Below, in pieces: positions 28,766 through 38,006 of a DNA stretch of 64,000 nucleotides. The position numbers were made by a program, and so were the translations under genes. The notes under the pieces were generated by a model, which did not search any database, had not been told where the DNA came from, and was given only the letters and a program-made list of their open reading frames with translations. Numbering within the stretch: the stretch's first letter is position 1; each line of letters begins with the position of its first letter. The stretch lies in contig NZ_JAUMUI010000004.1 in the NCBI RefSeq assembly GCF_030530745.1, positions 24,159 through 88,158 of the forward strand, given 5' to 3'. Origin of the DNA: Neisseria sp. (GTDB taxonomy: Bacteria > Pseudomonadota > Gammaproteobacteria > Burkholderiales > Neisseriaceae).

Positions 28766-30070
28766 TTATGCTTTCACTACGTTATCGGCTTTGCCCTGGT
28801 ATTTGCCGCGGGTGTCGATAATCAGCTTGGCGTGCTGTTTGAGCAGGCCGTAGTCGAATTTGTCGTGGTCGGTGGCCAGCACCACACAGTCGAACTTCGC
28901 CACGTTTTCGGCCGTTAACGGCTCGCTTTTCAGGTCGAATTTGTGTTCGCGCATTTTCGGAAACACGGGCACGTGCGGGTCGCTGTAAGACACTTCCGCG
29001 CCCAAATCACGCAAGAGTTCCATCACTTCGACCGAGGGGCTTTCGCGCATATCGTCCACGTTTTTCTTATAGGCGATGCCCAAAACCAGAATTTTGCTGC
29101 CTTTGATGGAGCGGTTGTGGTCGTTGAGCGCCAGCGCGGTTTTGTTGACCACATATTCGGGCATGGCCGAGTTCACTTCGCCCGCCAGCTCGATAAAGCG
29201 GGTGTTCACACCGTATTCGCGCGCCTTCCAAGTCAAATAGAAGGGGTCGATGGGAATGCAGTGGCCGCCCAGGCCGGGGCCGGGGTAGTAGGCCACGAAG
29301 CCGAACGGTTTGGTGGCGGCGGCGGAAATCACTTCGTGAATGTCGATATCCATTTTGTCGGCCACGATTTTCATCTCGTTTACTAGGCCGATGTTCACTG
29401 CACGGTGGATGTTTTCCAACAACTTGGTCAGTTCGGCTGCTTTGGTGGAGCTTACCGGTACCACTTTGTCGATGGCCGGCTGGTAAAGCGCAATGCCTAC
29501 TTCCAAACATGCAGGCGTGTGGCCGCCGATAACCTTGGGAATGGTGCGGGTTTCAAAATCGGGGTTGCCCGGGTCTTCGCGCTCGGGCGAATACACCAAA
29601 AATACGTTTTCGCCCACTTTCAGGCCGCCTTCTTCCACGCGCGGCAGCAATTCTTCTTCGGTGGTGCCGGGGTAGGTGGTGGATTCGAGCGACAACACTT
29701 GGCCGGCGCGCAGATAAGGTTTCACGGCGTCGGTGGTATCGATAACGAAGCTCATGTCCGGCTCGCGGTATTTGTTGAGCGGGGTGGGCACACACAGAAT
29801 CACCGCTTCCACTTCGCCGATGCGCGAGAAGTCGGTGGTGGCTTCGAACAGGCTGTTTCTGGCGGCGGCGATTTTACCGGCGGGAATGTGCTCAATATAG
29901 CTTTCGCCATTATTGAGTTTGCGCACTTTTTCTTCGTCGATGTCGAAGCCCAACACCTGATAACCGATGTCGACATAGCGCAGCATCAGCGGCAGGCCGA
30001 CGTAACCTAAGCCAACAATGCCGATTTTGGCAGATTTGTCGGCGAATTTCTGAATGGTGGTATTTTTCAT
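28766..30070 (-). CDS. wbpA: UDP-N-acetyl-D-glucosamine 6-dehydrogenase (WbpA/TviB/WecC family nucleotide-sugar dehydrogenase)
   Basis: [15 protein letters not shown]-binding, catalytic Cys region [12 protein letters not shown]; start set at MKNTTIQKF. Confidence 0.8.
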   Translation of the reverse strand: MKNTTIQKFADKSAKIGIVGLGYVGLPLMLRYVDIGYQVLGFDIDEEKVRKLNNGESYIEHIPAGKIAAARNSLFEATTDFSRIGEVEAVILCVPTPLNKYREPDMSFVIDTTDAVKPYLRAGQVLSLESTTYPGTTEEELLPRVEEGGLKVGENVFLVYSPEREDPGNPDFETRTIPKVIGGHTPACLEVGIALYQPAIDKVVPVSSTKAAELTKLLENIHRAVNIGLVNEMKIVADKMDIDIHEVISAAATKPFGFVAYYPGPGLGGHCIPIDPFYLTWKAREYGVNTRFIELAGEVNSAMPEYVVNKTALALNDHNRSIKGSKILVLGIAYKKNVDDMRESPSVEVMELLRDLGAEVSYSDPHVPVFPKMREHKFDLKSEPLTAENVAKFDCVVLATDHDKFDYGLLKQHAKLIIDTRGKYQGKADNVVKA

Positions 30071-30463
30071 GAAGGTATTTCCGTGTGATAAAAAAAAGAA
30101 ATTCTTAAGATGCAATTCACATAGTTCGACCGTTTTCGGAAGCATTGGTTTCATCAAAACAGGCGCATAACGGGAGGTTTACACAACGATAACAAATAAC
30201 GGGCATGACTGTTTGGATATGACAGGCAAAAGAAAGCGGAAGCTTCTTTCGGAAATTGTGCAAAGCGGGCAGACATTTTCCGATAAGTGTTTGAGCGGAT
30301 ATTACAAAGGAATAAAACACCCGTAAAAGAAACCGGACCGCCCGGTTTGGTTGCGGGCGTTCCGGTGCTGGAAAGGCGCAGATGCCGTTTACAAAAATTT
30401 TCACCTTGGCGGAGGTAAAGGCTTTCGTTTTTCGATAAATGAAATTATTTACAATAAAGACGG

Positions 30464-31558
30464 CTATTTTTGCAAAACCCATTTTATATCGTTTCCCAGC
30501 AGCGTTGCCGACACGGTTTTCCAAAGCGGCGGTCCGGCAAGTGCTTGCGGGTTTTCTGATATAGAAAACAAACCCTTGCCGTTTCCGCCTAAAATTTTCG
30601 GTGCTTGGTAGAGCACGATTTCATCAACCAGGCCGGCTTCGACGAATGCGCCCGCCAAGACGGCGCCGGCTTCCACCATTACTTCGCCGTAGCCTTTTTC
30701 TGCCAATAAAACCAATAAATTGTGCAAATTTATGCGCCGGTTGCTTTCAGACGGCCTTAAAATTTGCAAATGCGGGTGTTTTGTGTATTTTTGCAAAGAT
30801 TGATTGCAATTGTTTAAAGTGGCAATAAGTGTGGGGCTGCCGCCGTCCTGCACCACGCGGCTGGAGGGCGGGGTTTGCAGGCGGCTGTCGAGAATCACAC
30901 GGGCGGGCTGGCGCAGGGTTGGAAAGGCGCGCACGTTCAGTTGCGGATCGTCGGCCAGCACCGTGCCGATGCCGGTAATCACGGCGCAGCTTTCGGCGCG
31001 CAGTATCTGCACGTCGGCGCGTGCTTCGGGGCCGGTAATCCATTGGCTGCGGCCGTCTGAAAGCGCGGTTTTGCCGTCGAGGCCGGCGGCGCATTTCAAA
31101 CGCACGAAGGGGCGGCCGCGTTCTATGCGCGAGAGAAAGCCGCGGTTTAACGCGCGCGCTTCGGTTTCGAGCAGGCCGCATTCTACCTGTATGCCCGCTT
31201 CGCGCAGCACCGCCAAGCCTTTGCCCGCCACCTGCGGATTGGGGTCGGACATGGCCGCGACCACGCGCGATACGCCCGCCCGAATCAGTGCTTCGGCACA
31301 GGGCGGGGTGCGGCCGTAGTGGCTGCAAGGCTCCAACGTAACATAGGCGGTGGCGCCGCGCGCCGTTTCCCCGGCCTGGCGCAGGGCGTGCACTTCCGCA
31401 TGGGGTCCGCCCGCCCGCAGGTGGAAACCCTGCCCCACAATCTGCGTGCCGTGCGCTACCACACAGCCTACGCGCGGGTTGGGCGAAGTGGAAAAACGCC
31501 CTTGTCCGGCAAGGGCAAGGGCGGTGTGCATCATTTGGGTGTCGTTTGCGTCAAACAT
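30464..31558 (-). CDS. ribD: Bifunctional riboflavin biosynthesis deaminase/reductase
   Basis: CMP/dCMP deaminase zinc motifs HAEVHAL and PCSHYGRTPPC; C-terminal RibD reductase domain. Confidence 0.85.
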   Translation of the reverse strand: MFDANDTQMMHTALALAGQGRFSTSPNPRVGCVVAHGTQIVGQGFHLRAGGPHAEVHALRQAGETARGATAYVTLEPCSHYGRTPPCAEALIRAGVSRVVAAMSDPNPQVAGKGLAVLREAGIQVECGLLETEARALNRGFLSRIERGRPFVRLKCAAGLDGKTALSDGRSQWITGPEARADVQILRAESCAVITGIGTVLADDPQLNVRAFPTLRQPARVILDSRLQTPPSSRVVQDGGSPTLIATLNNCNQSLQKYTKHPHLQILRPSESNRRINLHNLLVLLAEKGYGEVMVEAGAVLAGAFVEAGLVDEIVLYQAPKILGGNGKGLFSISENPQALAGPPLWKTVSATLLGNDIKWVLQK

Positions 31559-31657
31559 TTTCAGACGGCCTCTGTGTTGCAGACTTTAAAATAAAAAATC
31601 AGGCCGTCTGAAAAAAAACAGCAGGATGCGTTTTGTTTTTCAGACGGCCTGATGCGT

Positions 31658-32221
31658 TCAGTTGGTAAGGTTGACTTCCCGCAGCACTTCGGCCAGCTCT
31701 TCCTGTGCGGCCGTGCGGCTTGAAGCGCACACGTTATACAGGCCGGTTTCATAAATGGCGATGCAGTTTTCGCGCAGCGCCGTGCCGTCGGCACCGTTTT
31801 GAACGAAGCGGTAGTTCATGCGCGTGTCGGTGGCGGCGCCGGTTTGCACGTCGCTTAACGACTGGTCGGCATCCAGCACGGTTTTAAGGTTGTCGAAATA
31901 GGTTTCGGCATCGGTTTTCGGGGTACCGAGGTTGGCGATGTAGAGCGTGATGTCGCGGTTGTTGTCGCGCTGCAGCAGCGTCAGCTCGCCGGCGCTCAAA
32001 CCTTCGGGCAGCTCGCCGTCCGATGCGTCTTCAAACCGGTTGCCCGGAATCACGATGCTGATTTTGCCGTCGCTGCCCGTGAGCGTCTGCACACTGCTTC
32101 CGGCATCGGAGGAAACGGCGGAAGCCTGCCCGCTTTCGGCAGGAACGGAAGTTTCGGCTTTCTGGCTGCAGGCGGCCGAGCACAAAACGGCGGCAGCCAA
32201 AGCAAGAGCATAAGGTTTCAT
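31658..32221 (-). CDS. Hypothetical lipoprotein
   Basis: Signal + lipobox LCSAAC; no recognisable domain. Confidence 0.5.
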   Translation of the reverse strand: MKPYALALAAAVLCSAACSQKAETSVPAESGQASAVSSDAGSSVQTLTGSDGKISIVIPGNRFEDASDGELPEGLSAGELTLLQRDNNRDITLYIANLGTPKTDAETYFDNLKTVLDADQSLSDVQTGAATDTRMNYRFVQNGADGTALRENCIAIYETGLYNVCASSRTAAQEELAEVLREVNLTN

Positions 32222-32280
32222 TCAATCGGGTTCCGTAAGTGTTGATGAAAAACGGCGGTCAGTATATCAAATTTGCCCGC

Positions 32281-32748
32281 TTAATGCTTGCTTTCTTCAC
32301 TATCGGGCAGGGTAGCAATGGCTTGGGTGAACTCTGAAACGTCGTTGAAGCTTTTATAAACCGACGCAAAACGCACATAAGCCACCTGATCGATTTTCGC
32401 CAGTTCTTCCATCGCCATCTCGCCGACAAGCCGCGACGATACTTCTTTATGCCCCAGCCGGTACAGGCGCTGTTCGATAAGGGCGACGGTGTCGTCTATG
32501 GTTTCTGCGTCTATCGGGCGTTTGTGCAGCGCGCGCTCCAAACTGGTGCGCAGTTTGTGGGGGTTGAACGCCACGCGGCTGCCGGTGCTTTTGATAATCT
32601 GCGGCATACGCATTTCCACCGTTTCAAACGTGCCGAAACGCTGCCCGCAGGCGGGGCAGCGGCGGCGGCGGCGGATGCTGTTGGTTTCTTCCAAAAGCCG
32701 CGAGTCGGTAACCTGGGTGTTTGGGTTGTGGCAGAAAGGGCATTTCAT
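32281..32748 (-). CDS. nrdR: Transcriptional repressor NrdR
   Basis: MKCPFCHNPNTQVTDSR...CPACGQRF zinc ribbon + ATP-cone; start moved to MKCPF. Confidence 0.85.
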   Translation of the reverse strand: MKCPFCHNPNTQVTDSRLLEETNSIRRRRRCPACGQRFGTFETVEMRMPQIIKSTGSRVAFNPHKLRTSLERALHKRPIDAETIDDTVALIEQRLYRLGHKEVSSRLVGEMAMEELAKIDQVAYVRFASVYKSFNDVSEFTQAIATLPDSEESKH

Positions 32749-32851
32749 AAGCGTTGCACGGCGGGTTGCTGTCGGGGGGATTGTAGCGTAAACATACTGC
32801 TGCCGTATAGTTTGCAGGCCTCGGGCCGTCTGAAACGCCGGAGTGCGGTTT

Positions 32852-34189
32852 TCAAAACAGCAGCATGCCCACTTTGCGTATTTTCTCTTCGTCATTCAAT
32901 ACCCCCGCGTTTTGCAGCAGCTGCAGGTAGGATTGGATATAGGTGTATTTGGCCTCGGCGAGTTTTTGCTCTGCGTCGGCTTTTTCCTGTTGTGCCTGAG
33001 TTTCTTCAAGGTTGTTGCGCACGCCGACCTGACGCCCCAGCCGTGTGGCTTCCAGTTTGGCGCGGTTGGTTTCGAGCAGGCGCTGCTGGGCGAGCGTTTG
33101 GATTTTGCTGCTGCGGGTGGTTTGATAGGCCTGCCTTACCGCCAGCCGCACTTTGCGCTCCGTTGCGGTGAGCAGGTCTTTATTCTGCATTTCGCGCGAA
33201 GCGGCCTCGCGGATCTGGCTGGAGATTTTGCCGCCGCTGAAAAGCGGCATACTGAGCTGGAAGTTTACCGTACCGCCTTTGCTGCGGTAGGTTTGATCGA
33301 AGCTTTCACCGAAATAATCCTGGCTGCGGTGGGTATTGCGGTCGTCCTGATAGCCGCCGCTTACGGTGAGCGTGGGCATACGGCTGCCTTTGGCGGCTTT
33401 GAACGCCTGTTTTGCATCTTCGAGGGTTTTGCGCTGCAGCTGCCATTCGGGATTGTGCCGCTCGGCCAGCGCCTGCCATTCCCGTTCTTCCGATTCGCCG
33501 AGCAGGTCGGCCAGCGCCTTATCGTTTTTTACCGGGCTGATTTGCTGCGGATCCAGCCCGGTCAGGTTGGCCAGCGTGTTTTCGGCCACCTGAAGCTGGG
33601 TGAGCGCGTCGATTTCTTTGGCAAGGGCCGCATCGTAGCCGGATTTGGCCTCGTGGGTGTCCAGAATTGTTGCCGCCCCCTGCCGGAACATTTCCTGCGC
33701 CCGCTCGAGCTGCCGGGAATAAGCGGCTTTTTCGTCGGCGATGGCGGCCAGCTTGTCTTTATTCAGCAGAATATCGAAATAGGCCTTGGCCACGTTTATT
33801 TTCAATTCGTCTTCACTGCCGCTCAGGCGCGCATCGGCCATTTCGGCGGCGATTTTTCCCTGTTTGTATTGGGCGAAGCGGGTTCTGTCGAACAAAACCT
33901 GCGAAGCCTGCACGTTCCAGCCGCGGCTTTTCGTGTTGGAAGAGAGCGAATAGGGCTGGCGCTGGTAGGTGGCGTTGGCATTAACCTGCGGCAGCAGCTC
34001 CGCACGCGCCTGGTTCTTTTTTTCCGATTCCGCATCACGCTCGTGTTTGGCAGCAGAAAAATCGGCCGAATAGTTCACAGCGGCCCGCCATGCGTCCAGC
34101 AGATTGAAGGCGTGGGAAGCGGCGGGCAGCGCGAGCATGCACGAAGAAAACAGCAGGGGCAGTGTTTTAAATTTGGCCATGGCAGACAA
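32852..34189 (-). CDS. tolC: TolC-family outer-membrane channel (type I secretion / efflux)
   Basis: Signal peptide ending AASHA, two OEP repeats, coiled-coil Q/L/A-rich segments. Confidence 0.8.
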   Translation of the reverse strand: MSAMAKFKTLPLLFSSCMLALPAASHAFNLLDAWRAAVNYSADFSAAKHERDAESEKKNQARAELLPQVNANATYQRQPYSLSSNTKSRGWNVQASQVLFDRTRFAQYKQGKIAAEMADARLSGSEDELKINVAKAYFDILLNKDKLAAIADEKAAYSRQLERAQEMFRQGAATILDTHEAKSGYDAALAKEIDALTQLQVAENTLANLTGLDPQQISPVKNDKALADLLGESEEREWQALAERHNPEWQLQRKTLEDAKQAFKAAKGSRMPTLTVSGGYQDDRNTHRSQDYFGESFDQTYRSKGGTVNFQLSMPLFSGGKISSQIREAASREMQNKDLLTATERKVRLAVRQAYQTTRSSKIQTLAQQRLLETNRAKLEATRLGRQVGVRNNLEETQAQQEKADAEQKLAEAKYTYIQSYLQLLQNAGVLNDEEKIRKVGMLLF

Positions 34190-34585
34190 TGATAATGAAA
34201 TATTAACCTGACTTAGAGTGTTTTCGGGCCGGATAGTTTAATTTTTTTGAAATTTACCCTGTATGGATATTCGAAAAGTATATTGCAGGCCGCAAGATAA
34301 TTTTCAATATATTTTTTCAGGAAACTGTTTTTGGAAAAACGGTTTACATTCACATAGGGTTACCCGAATGTTTTAGAGGCGGGCATGCCGTGTTTTTCGG
34401 AAAACCTCCTTTTTATTCTTACGGATAACGGTAAATAACTTATTTTATTATCATATAGATTAATTGATTGGATTTTTCGGGAACCAAACAAAACCTAACG
34501 AACAAAACGGCGGGCGGAGTTGTCGTAAAACCACGGAGCCCGGCAACGGGTTTCCGGGTTTTTATTAATTTTCAAGGAGACTGTA

Positions 34586-34759
34586 ATGAAACAACTCAAC
34601 CAGCATGAGATGCAGCAGGTGGCCGGCGGCTACAGATGGAGCGATTTCCGCAAAGACTGGAAAGACTTCTGGAAAGAAATGGGCGGCGGTTTCTCCAAGG
34701 CCGGCGACAACCTCGGCGACGCATGGAAAAACGCCCGCGATGCGGTTCGTAACAATTAA
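34586..34759 (+). CDS. Double-glycine-leader peptide (class II microcin-like) MKQLNQHEMQQVAGG|YRWSDFRKDWKDFWKEMGGGFSKAGDNLGDAWKNARDAVRNN
   Basis: 15-aa leader matching the GG-leader consensus (L..E...V.GG); RBS aaggag 7 nt upstream; core 42 aa, Trp/Lys-rich. Confidence 0.7.
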   Translation: MKQLNQHEMQQVAGGYRWSDFRKDWKDFWKEMGGGFSKAGDNLGDAWKNARDAVRNN

Positions 34760-34906
34760 GCGGTATTTGGAATTTCGGAGTAGGCGGATTCTGAACCGAA
34801 CGGTTGGTTTCTGCTTTCCGAATCGGGAGGTATCCGTCCTTCCTTAACCGTGTAGCAGCGAAAATTATTGCTGTTTTTAATTTTAACCTTAAAAAGGAGA
34901 TTTGAT

Positions 34907-35158
34907 ATGCAGGCTGTAGTTTTGCAAAACAGTTTCGGCCGTGAACTGGCTGTGAATGAGTTGATAATGGTTGCCGGCGGAGGGTGTAATTGGAAAGATT
35001 TTGGTAAAGCTACCGTGGGAGGTGCTATTGCTACCGGAACAGCTGGTGCAATCGCAGGAGCCGCATTTGGTCCCGGTGCCCTTGCTGGTGGAGCCGTCGG
35101 TGCTGCTGGAGGTGCTGTAGGGGGAGCTCTTGCTTATGGGGCAACATGCGGATGGTGA
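34907..35158 (+). CDS. GG-leader glycine-rich microcin precursor (...ELAVNELIMVAGG|GCNWKDFGKATVGG...GATCGW)
   Basis: RBS aaaaaggag; Gly/Ala-rich core with two Cys (possible disulfide), resembling colicin V/microcin L-type cores. Confidence 0.7.
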   Translation: MQAVVLQNSFGRELAVNELIMVAGGGCNWKDFGKATVGGAIATGTAGAIAGAAFGPGALAGGAVGAAGGAVGGALAYGATCGW

Positions 35159-35245
35159 TTTAGTTATTTATCAGTAAGTATCCGGATGCGGTTTCCTGCA
35201 CAGCAGGAAGCCGTATCTTTCCAGTATTTTCACGAGGTTAGAACC

Positions 35246-35419
35246 ATGAAAAAGTCCGTTATGAGAAAGACAGTTCGTTACGCTTTTTTTTTCTCGGCCT
35301 CAGCATTGATCTTGTATCTTCTCGGAAACGGTTTATTGCAGACGTTAATTACATGTGCGGTTGCTACTTTTATATTTGCTTTTGTAATGGAAAGATTTAT
35401 TGAGAAAAGAGAGCTTTAG
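35246..35419 (+). CDS. Small two-TM membrane protein (candidate microcin immunity protein)
   Basis: MKKSVMRKTVRYAFFFSASALILYLLGNGLLQTLITCAVATFIFAFVMERF; RBS gaggtt. Confidence 0.45.
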   Translation: MKKSVMRKTVRYAFFFSASALILYLLGNGLLQTLITCAVATFIFAFVMERFIEKREL

Positions 35420-35495
35420 TAAAGCACGCGTTGTCTGAAGTTCCTGATATTGCGTGCGAGGCTCTGCAGGCACTGTCTATAGAGATGGGAAAGTT

Positions 35496-35708
35496 ATGAC
35501 TAAAACCATTCTCTCGGTATGCATGTATCTTTTTATTGCTTTTACCGTAGCAACGCCGTTGGCTTGGCTTTATGAGTCTTTTACCGACGGGTTTGCATGG
35601 AAAAGCACGGTAGGTTTTTCGGTATCGTTTTTGGTGTTTCTCGGATTCAGCCTGTTTTCATACTGGTTTACCTATCATTATCTTAAGTTTGAAAGGAGTA
35701 AATCATGA
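35496..35708 (+). CDS. Small two-TM membrane protein (candidate immunity protein), translationally coupled to the next peptide gene
   Basis: MTKTILSVCMYLFIAFTVATPLAWLY...; stop TGA overlaps the ATG at 35705. Confidence 0.45.
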   Translation: MTKTILSVCMYLFIAFTVATPLAWLYESFTDGFAWKSTVGFSVSFLVFLGFSLFSYWFTYHYLKFERSKS

Positions 35709-35854
35709 AAGAATTGGATATTTATGAAGCAAAGAAAGTTACGGGCGGCCGACGGTTGGTTCCGTTTCCTCCTCCTCCTCCGGATTTTCGGACGCGTATA
35801 GCGGCCTATTACATCGGTCGGATTGCAGGTAAAGCCCTTAAAGCCCTTAAATAA
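35705..35854 (+). CDS. GG-leader peptide MKELDIYEAKKVTGG|RRLVPFPPPPPDFRTRIAAYYIGRIAGKALKALK
   Basis: Leader consensus; cationic core with a poly-Pro segment. Confidence 0.6.
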   Translation: MKELDIYEAKKVTGGRRLVPFPPPPPDFRTRIAAYYIGRIAGKALKALK

Positions 35855-35954
35855 CCCTGTCGGTGCATACCTGTATTTACTATTGCCATCCGGCCGGATT
35901 TGTATGGATATGAATTCAAGGCCGTCTGAACTTTTTTAATTTTGGAGGATTGTT

Positions 35955-36173
35955 ATGAAACATCTGAATCAATATGAGTTGGAACAGGTATCAGGAGGGT
36001 ACTTAACAGACTACGGTAGAAAGTACGTTAGAGAGATTGCTATACGGGCAGCTGTCTGGCGTACTACAAGGGCTCTGAACTGGTTGGCGAAGAAACGCGC
36101 ATCCAAAATTTACGACTGTAATGAAGCAAGCGTAGGGTGTGCCTCGGGCACGCACGCGCCGCATGAACCTTGA
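35955..36173 (+). CDS. GG-leader peptide MKHLNQYELEQVSGG|YLTDYGRKYVREIAIRAAVWRTTRALNWLAKKRASKIY... (C-terminal tail read through an inserted palindromic repeat)
   Basis: RBS ggagga; the last ~17 codons (NEASVGCASGTHAPHEP) lie within the repeat element that sits after the stop codon in other cassettes. Confidence 0.6.
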   Translation: MKHLNQYELEQVSGGYLTDYGRKYVREIAIRAAVWRTTRALNWLAKKRASKIYDCNEASVGCASGTHAPHEP

Positions 36174-36215
36174 TGCCGCGTGCGCGGCTCTGCTGCCGTC
36201 CCCTACGTTTGCTTT
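36117..36215. repeat. Palindromic repeat family 'gtagggtgtgcggc...cgggcacgcacgc...gaaccttga...cgcgtgcgcggctttgccgcacaccctgcg' (copy a)
   Basis: Nested inverted repeats; family has >=6 copies within 3.7 kb. Confidence 0.55.
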
Positions 36216-36247
36216 CCAACCGAAATTTACCTAAAGGAGTATGCAGT

Positions 36248-36349
36248 ATGAGAGAAATCAGTATTAAAGACCTCAAACAGATTTCCGGCGGTTTTGCCCC
36301 AAGGAAATCATGGCTTGACAGATTGACGGAAAGAGTAGTGCTTTGGTAG
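36248..36349 (+). CDS. GG-leader peptide MREISIKDLKQISGG|FAPRKSWLDRLTERVVLW
   Basis: Leader consensus; 18-aa core. Confidence 0.5.
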   Translation: MREISIKDLKQISGGFAPRKSWLDRLTERVVLW

Positions 36350-36354
36350 GAGGA

Positions 36355-36477
36355 ATGATGCGAAAATTGAATTTGCATGAAATGAAACAGGTTTCCGGCG
36401 GCCTTGTCGGCGGGCCGGTTGCAGAAGTAAAACGGAAGGTAAGCAGAGCAGTACGCAAGCTGTGGCCTTGGGATTAG
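36355..36477 (+). CDS. GG-leader peptide MMRKLNLHEMKQVSGG|LVGGPVAEVKRKVSRAVRKLWPWD
   Basis: RBS taggagga; leader consensus. Confidence 0.55.
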   Translation: MMRKLNLHEMKQVSGGLVGGPVAEVKRKVSRAVRKLWPWD

Positions 36478-36575
36478 TTGTCTGAACCTTCAATACCGCG
36501 CCGCGTGTGCGGCTTTGCGCACACCCTGCGAAAACGGTTTTCAGACGGCCTTGTTTTACAGTTAAGGAGAAGGTG

Positions 36576-36764
36576 ATGAAAGAATTGAAAAAATCCGAAG
36601 CGTGTTATGTGTCCGGCGGCGGTGTGGTGTTTTTCCGCGATACGGCCGGCAGGGTGGTCGGCGAGCCGAGCCGGCAGGACGTGCTGAAGGGAAAGGTGAG
36701 GCTTTCCACACCCAGCGGCGGCAGCAATATCACTACTTTGGCATTTAAGCATTCGCGGTATTGA
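36576..36764 (+). CDS. GG-leader peptide MKELKKSEACYVSGG|GVVFFRDTAGRVVGEPSRQDVLKGKVRLSTPSGGSNITTLAFKHSRY
   Basis: RBS aaggagaagg; leader consensus. Confidence 0.55.
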   Translation: MKELKKSEACYVSGGGVVFFRDTAGRVVGEPSRQDVLKGKVRLSTPSGGSNITTLAFKHSRY

Positions 36765-36791
36765 TGGTTTATTTTGAAAGGATTAGGAATC

Positions 36792-36929
36792 ATGAAAGAG
36801 CTGAATAGAAACGAGATTGAAAACGTATCAGGCGGTAATATTTTCGACTGGTTGTTTGGCAAAAAGAAGCCCAAAAGCGGATTTGATGGGGGAGGTGGGT
36901 TTGGCGGCGGCGGCGGCGGTTCTTGGTAA
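36792..36929 (+). CDS. GG-leader peptide MKELNRNEIENVSGG|NIFDWLFGKKKPKSGFDGGGGFGGGGGGSW
   Basis: Leader consensus; Gly-rich C-terminal tail. Confidence 0.6.
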   Translation: MKELNRNEIENVSGGNIFDWLFGKKKPKSGFDGGGGFGGGGGGSW

Positions 36930-37026
36930 AAGACACACAGAGGCGCCGACCAAACCGAAAGCAGACAAAAGCATAAGCTGTATTTATTCTCTTCGGATCT
37001 GCCGGCTTTAAGTTTGGAGGATTATT

Positions 37027-37188
37027 ATGAAACATCTGAATCAATATGAATTGGAACAAGTATCGGGAGGGGCAACTGTAGGCTCTGCATTAAAAGTAGC
37101 GGTTGAGGCTGCTGTGAGGGCTATCAGAGACGCACAAAGGCGAAGGCCACGCATCCCCACTCTCCCCGTTCATCGGTGGAAGCGCTAA
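37027..37188 (+). CDS. GG-leader peptide MKHLNQYELEQVSGG|ATVGSALKVAVEAAVRAIRDAQRRRPRIPTLPVHRWKR
   Basis: RBS ggagga; leader identical to the 35955 gene, different core (cassette shuffling). Confidence 0.6.
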   Translation: MKHLNQYELEQVSGGATVGSALKVAVEAAVRAIRDAQRRRPRIPTLPVHRWKR

Positions 37189-37189
37189 G

Positions 37190-37270
37190 TAAGCGCAGGG
37201 TGTGCCCCCGGCACGCACGCCGTCCGAACCTTGATACCGCGTGCGCGGCTTCGCCGCACACTCTGCCGAT
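37190..37270. repeat. Palindromic repeat family copy (c)
   Basis: taagcgcagggtgtgcccccggcacgcacgccgtccgaaccttgataccgcgtgcgcggcttcgccgcacactctgcc. Confidence 0.5.
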
Positions 37271-37304
37271 TGTTCTTATATTCTTTAACCTTAAAGATTT
37301 CATC

Positions 37305-37427
37305 ATGAAAGAATTGAAAAACAAAGAGTTTCATCAGGTAGGAGGCAGCTTCAGGATTCCTGCCGTGCCTTTGCCCCGACTGCCTTGGCTGCCTAACCGG
37401 TTACCGTGGCCGCCGATACGTGCTTAG
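37305..37427 (+). CDS. GG-leader Pro/Trp-rich peptide MKELKNKEFHQVGG|SFRIPAVPLPRLPWLPNRLPWPPIRA
   Basis: Leader consensus; core 26 aa with 9 Pro, 2 Trp and 4 Arg. Confidence 0.55.
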   Translation: MKELKNKEFHQVGGSFRIPAVPLPRLPWLPNRLPWPPIRA

Positions 37428-37606
37428 CCGAAACTTCAAGACATGCTTACATCCGAAACGGCGGAAAGATTGGAAACGGAAAGTTCCGACGATCGGGTGT
37501 CGGGTTTATGCGCGGGCGGCCGGCTTTTGATGAATGGCTGTCGAAGTGGCAATAACGGAGGATTTCCCTCCACAGAGTATATTTTTATTTTATAGGAGTA
37601 TTTGTT

Positions 37607-37750
37607 ATGAAAAAATTGGATCAGCATGAATTGAACCAGGTAGCAGGCGGACTTGTAGGCTGGCATCCCGGATGGAAAGAGATAAACAGGAGAAGATTGG
37701 AGCATTATCTTAAGCATGGCAAATTTCCGCCGCATATGCCTCTCTTCTGA
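37607..37750 (+). CDS. GG-leader peptide MKKLDQHELNQVAGG|LVGWHPGWKEINRRRLEHYLKHGKFPPHMPLF
   Basis: RBS taggag; leader consensus. Confidence 0.55.
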   Translation: MKKLDQHELNQVAGGLVGWHPGWKEINRRRLEHYLKHGKFPPHMPLF

Positions 37751-37835
37751 GCGTCCGGTAACCAGTTGGTTTTGCCTGAAGCCGCAGGGTTTCAAACCAT
37801 CACAGTTTTTTGTTTTTATACGAAAGGATTAGATC

Positions 37836-38006
37836 ATGAAAGAGCTGTACGAAAAAGAGCTCCGGCAGGTAGCCGGAGGCGCCGCATCTTCAAACTCTTG
37901 GCCTTGGCCGTGGCTGCCTCTATTGCCGGCATTGCCGAAGATACCGCTGCCGCGGTTCCCGGGGCGTACCCTTCCCGAGCCGCCCCGGGGAGCAGATTTA
38001 AAATAA
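37836..38006 (+). CDS. GG-leader Pro/Trp-rich peptide MKELYEKELRQVAGG|AASSNSWPWPWLPLLPALPKIPLPRFPGRTLPEPPRGADLK
   Basis: RBS aaaggatt; WPWPW motif. Confidence 0.5.
   Translation: MKELYEKELRQVAGGAASSNSWPWPWLPLLPALPKIPLPRFPGRTLPEPPRGADLK

Noticed and set aside
30160-30460. JUMPStart/ops antitermination element in the polysaccharide operon leader
   Set aside because: Searched by eye for GGCGGTAG on either strand in the 300-bp leader; not found.
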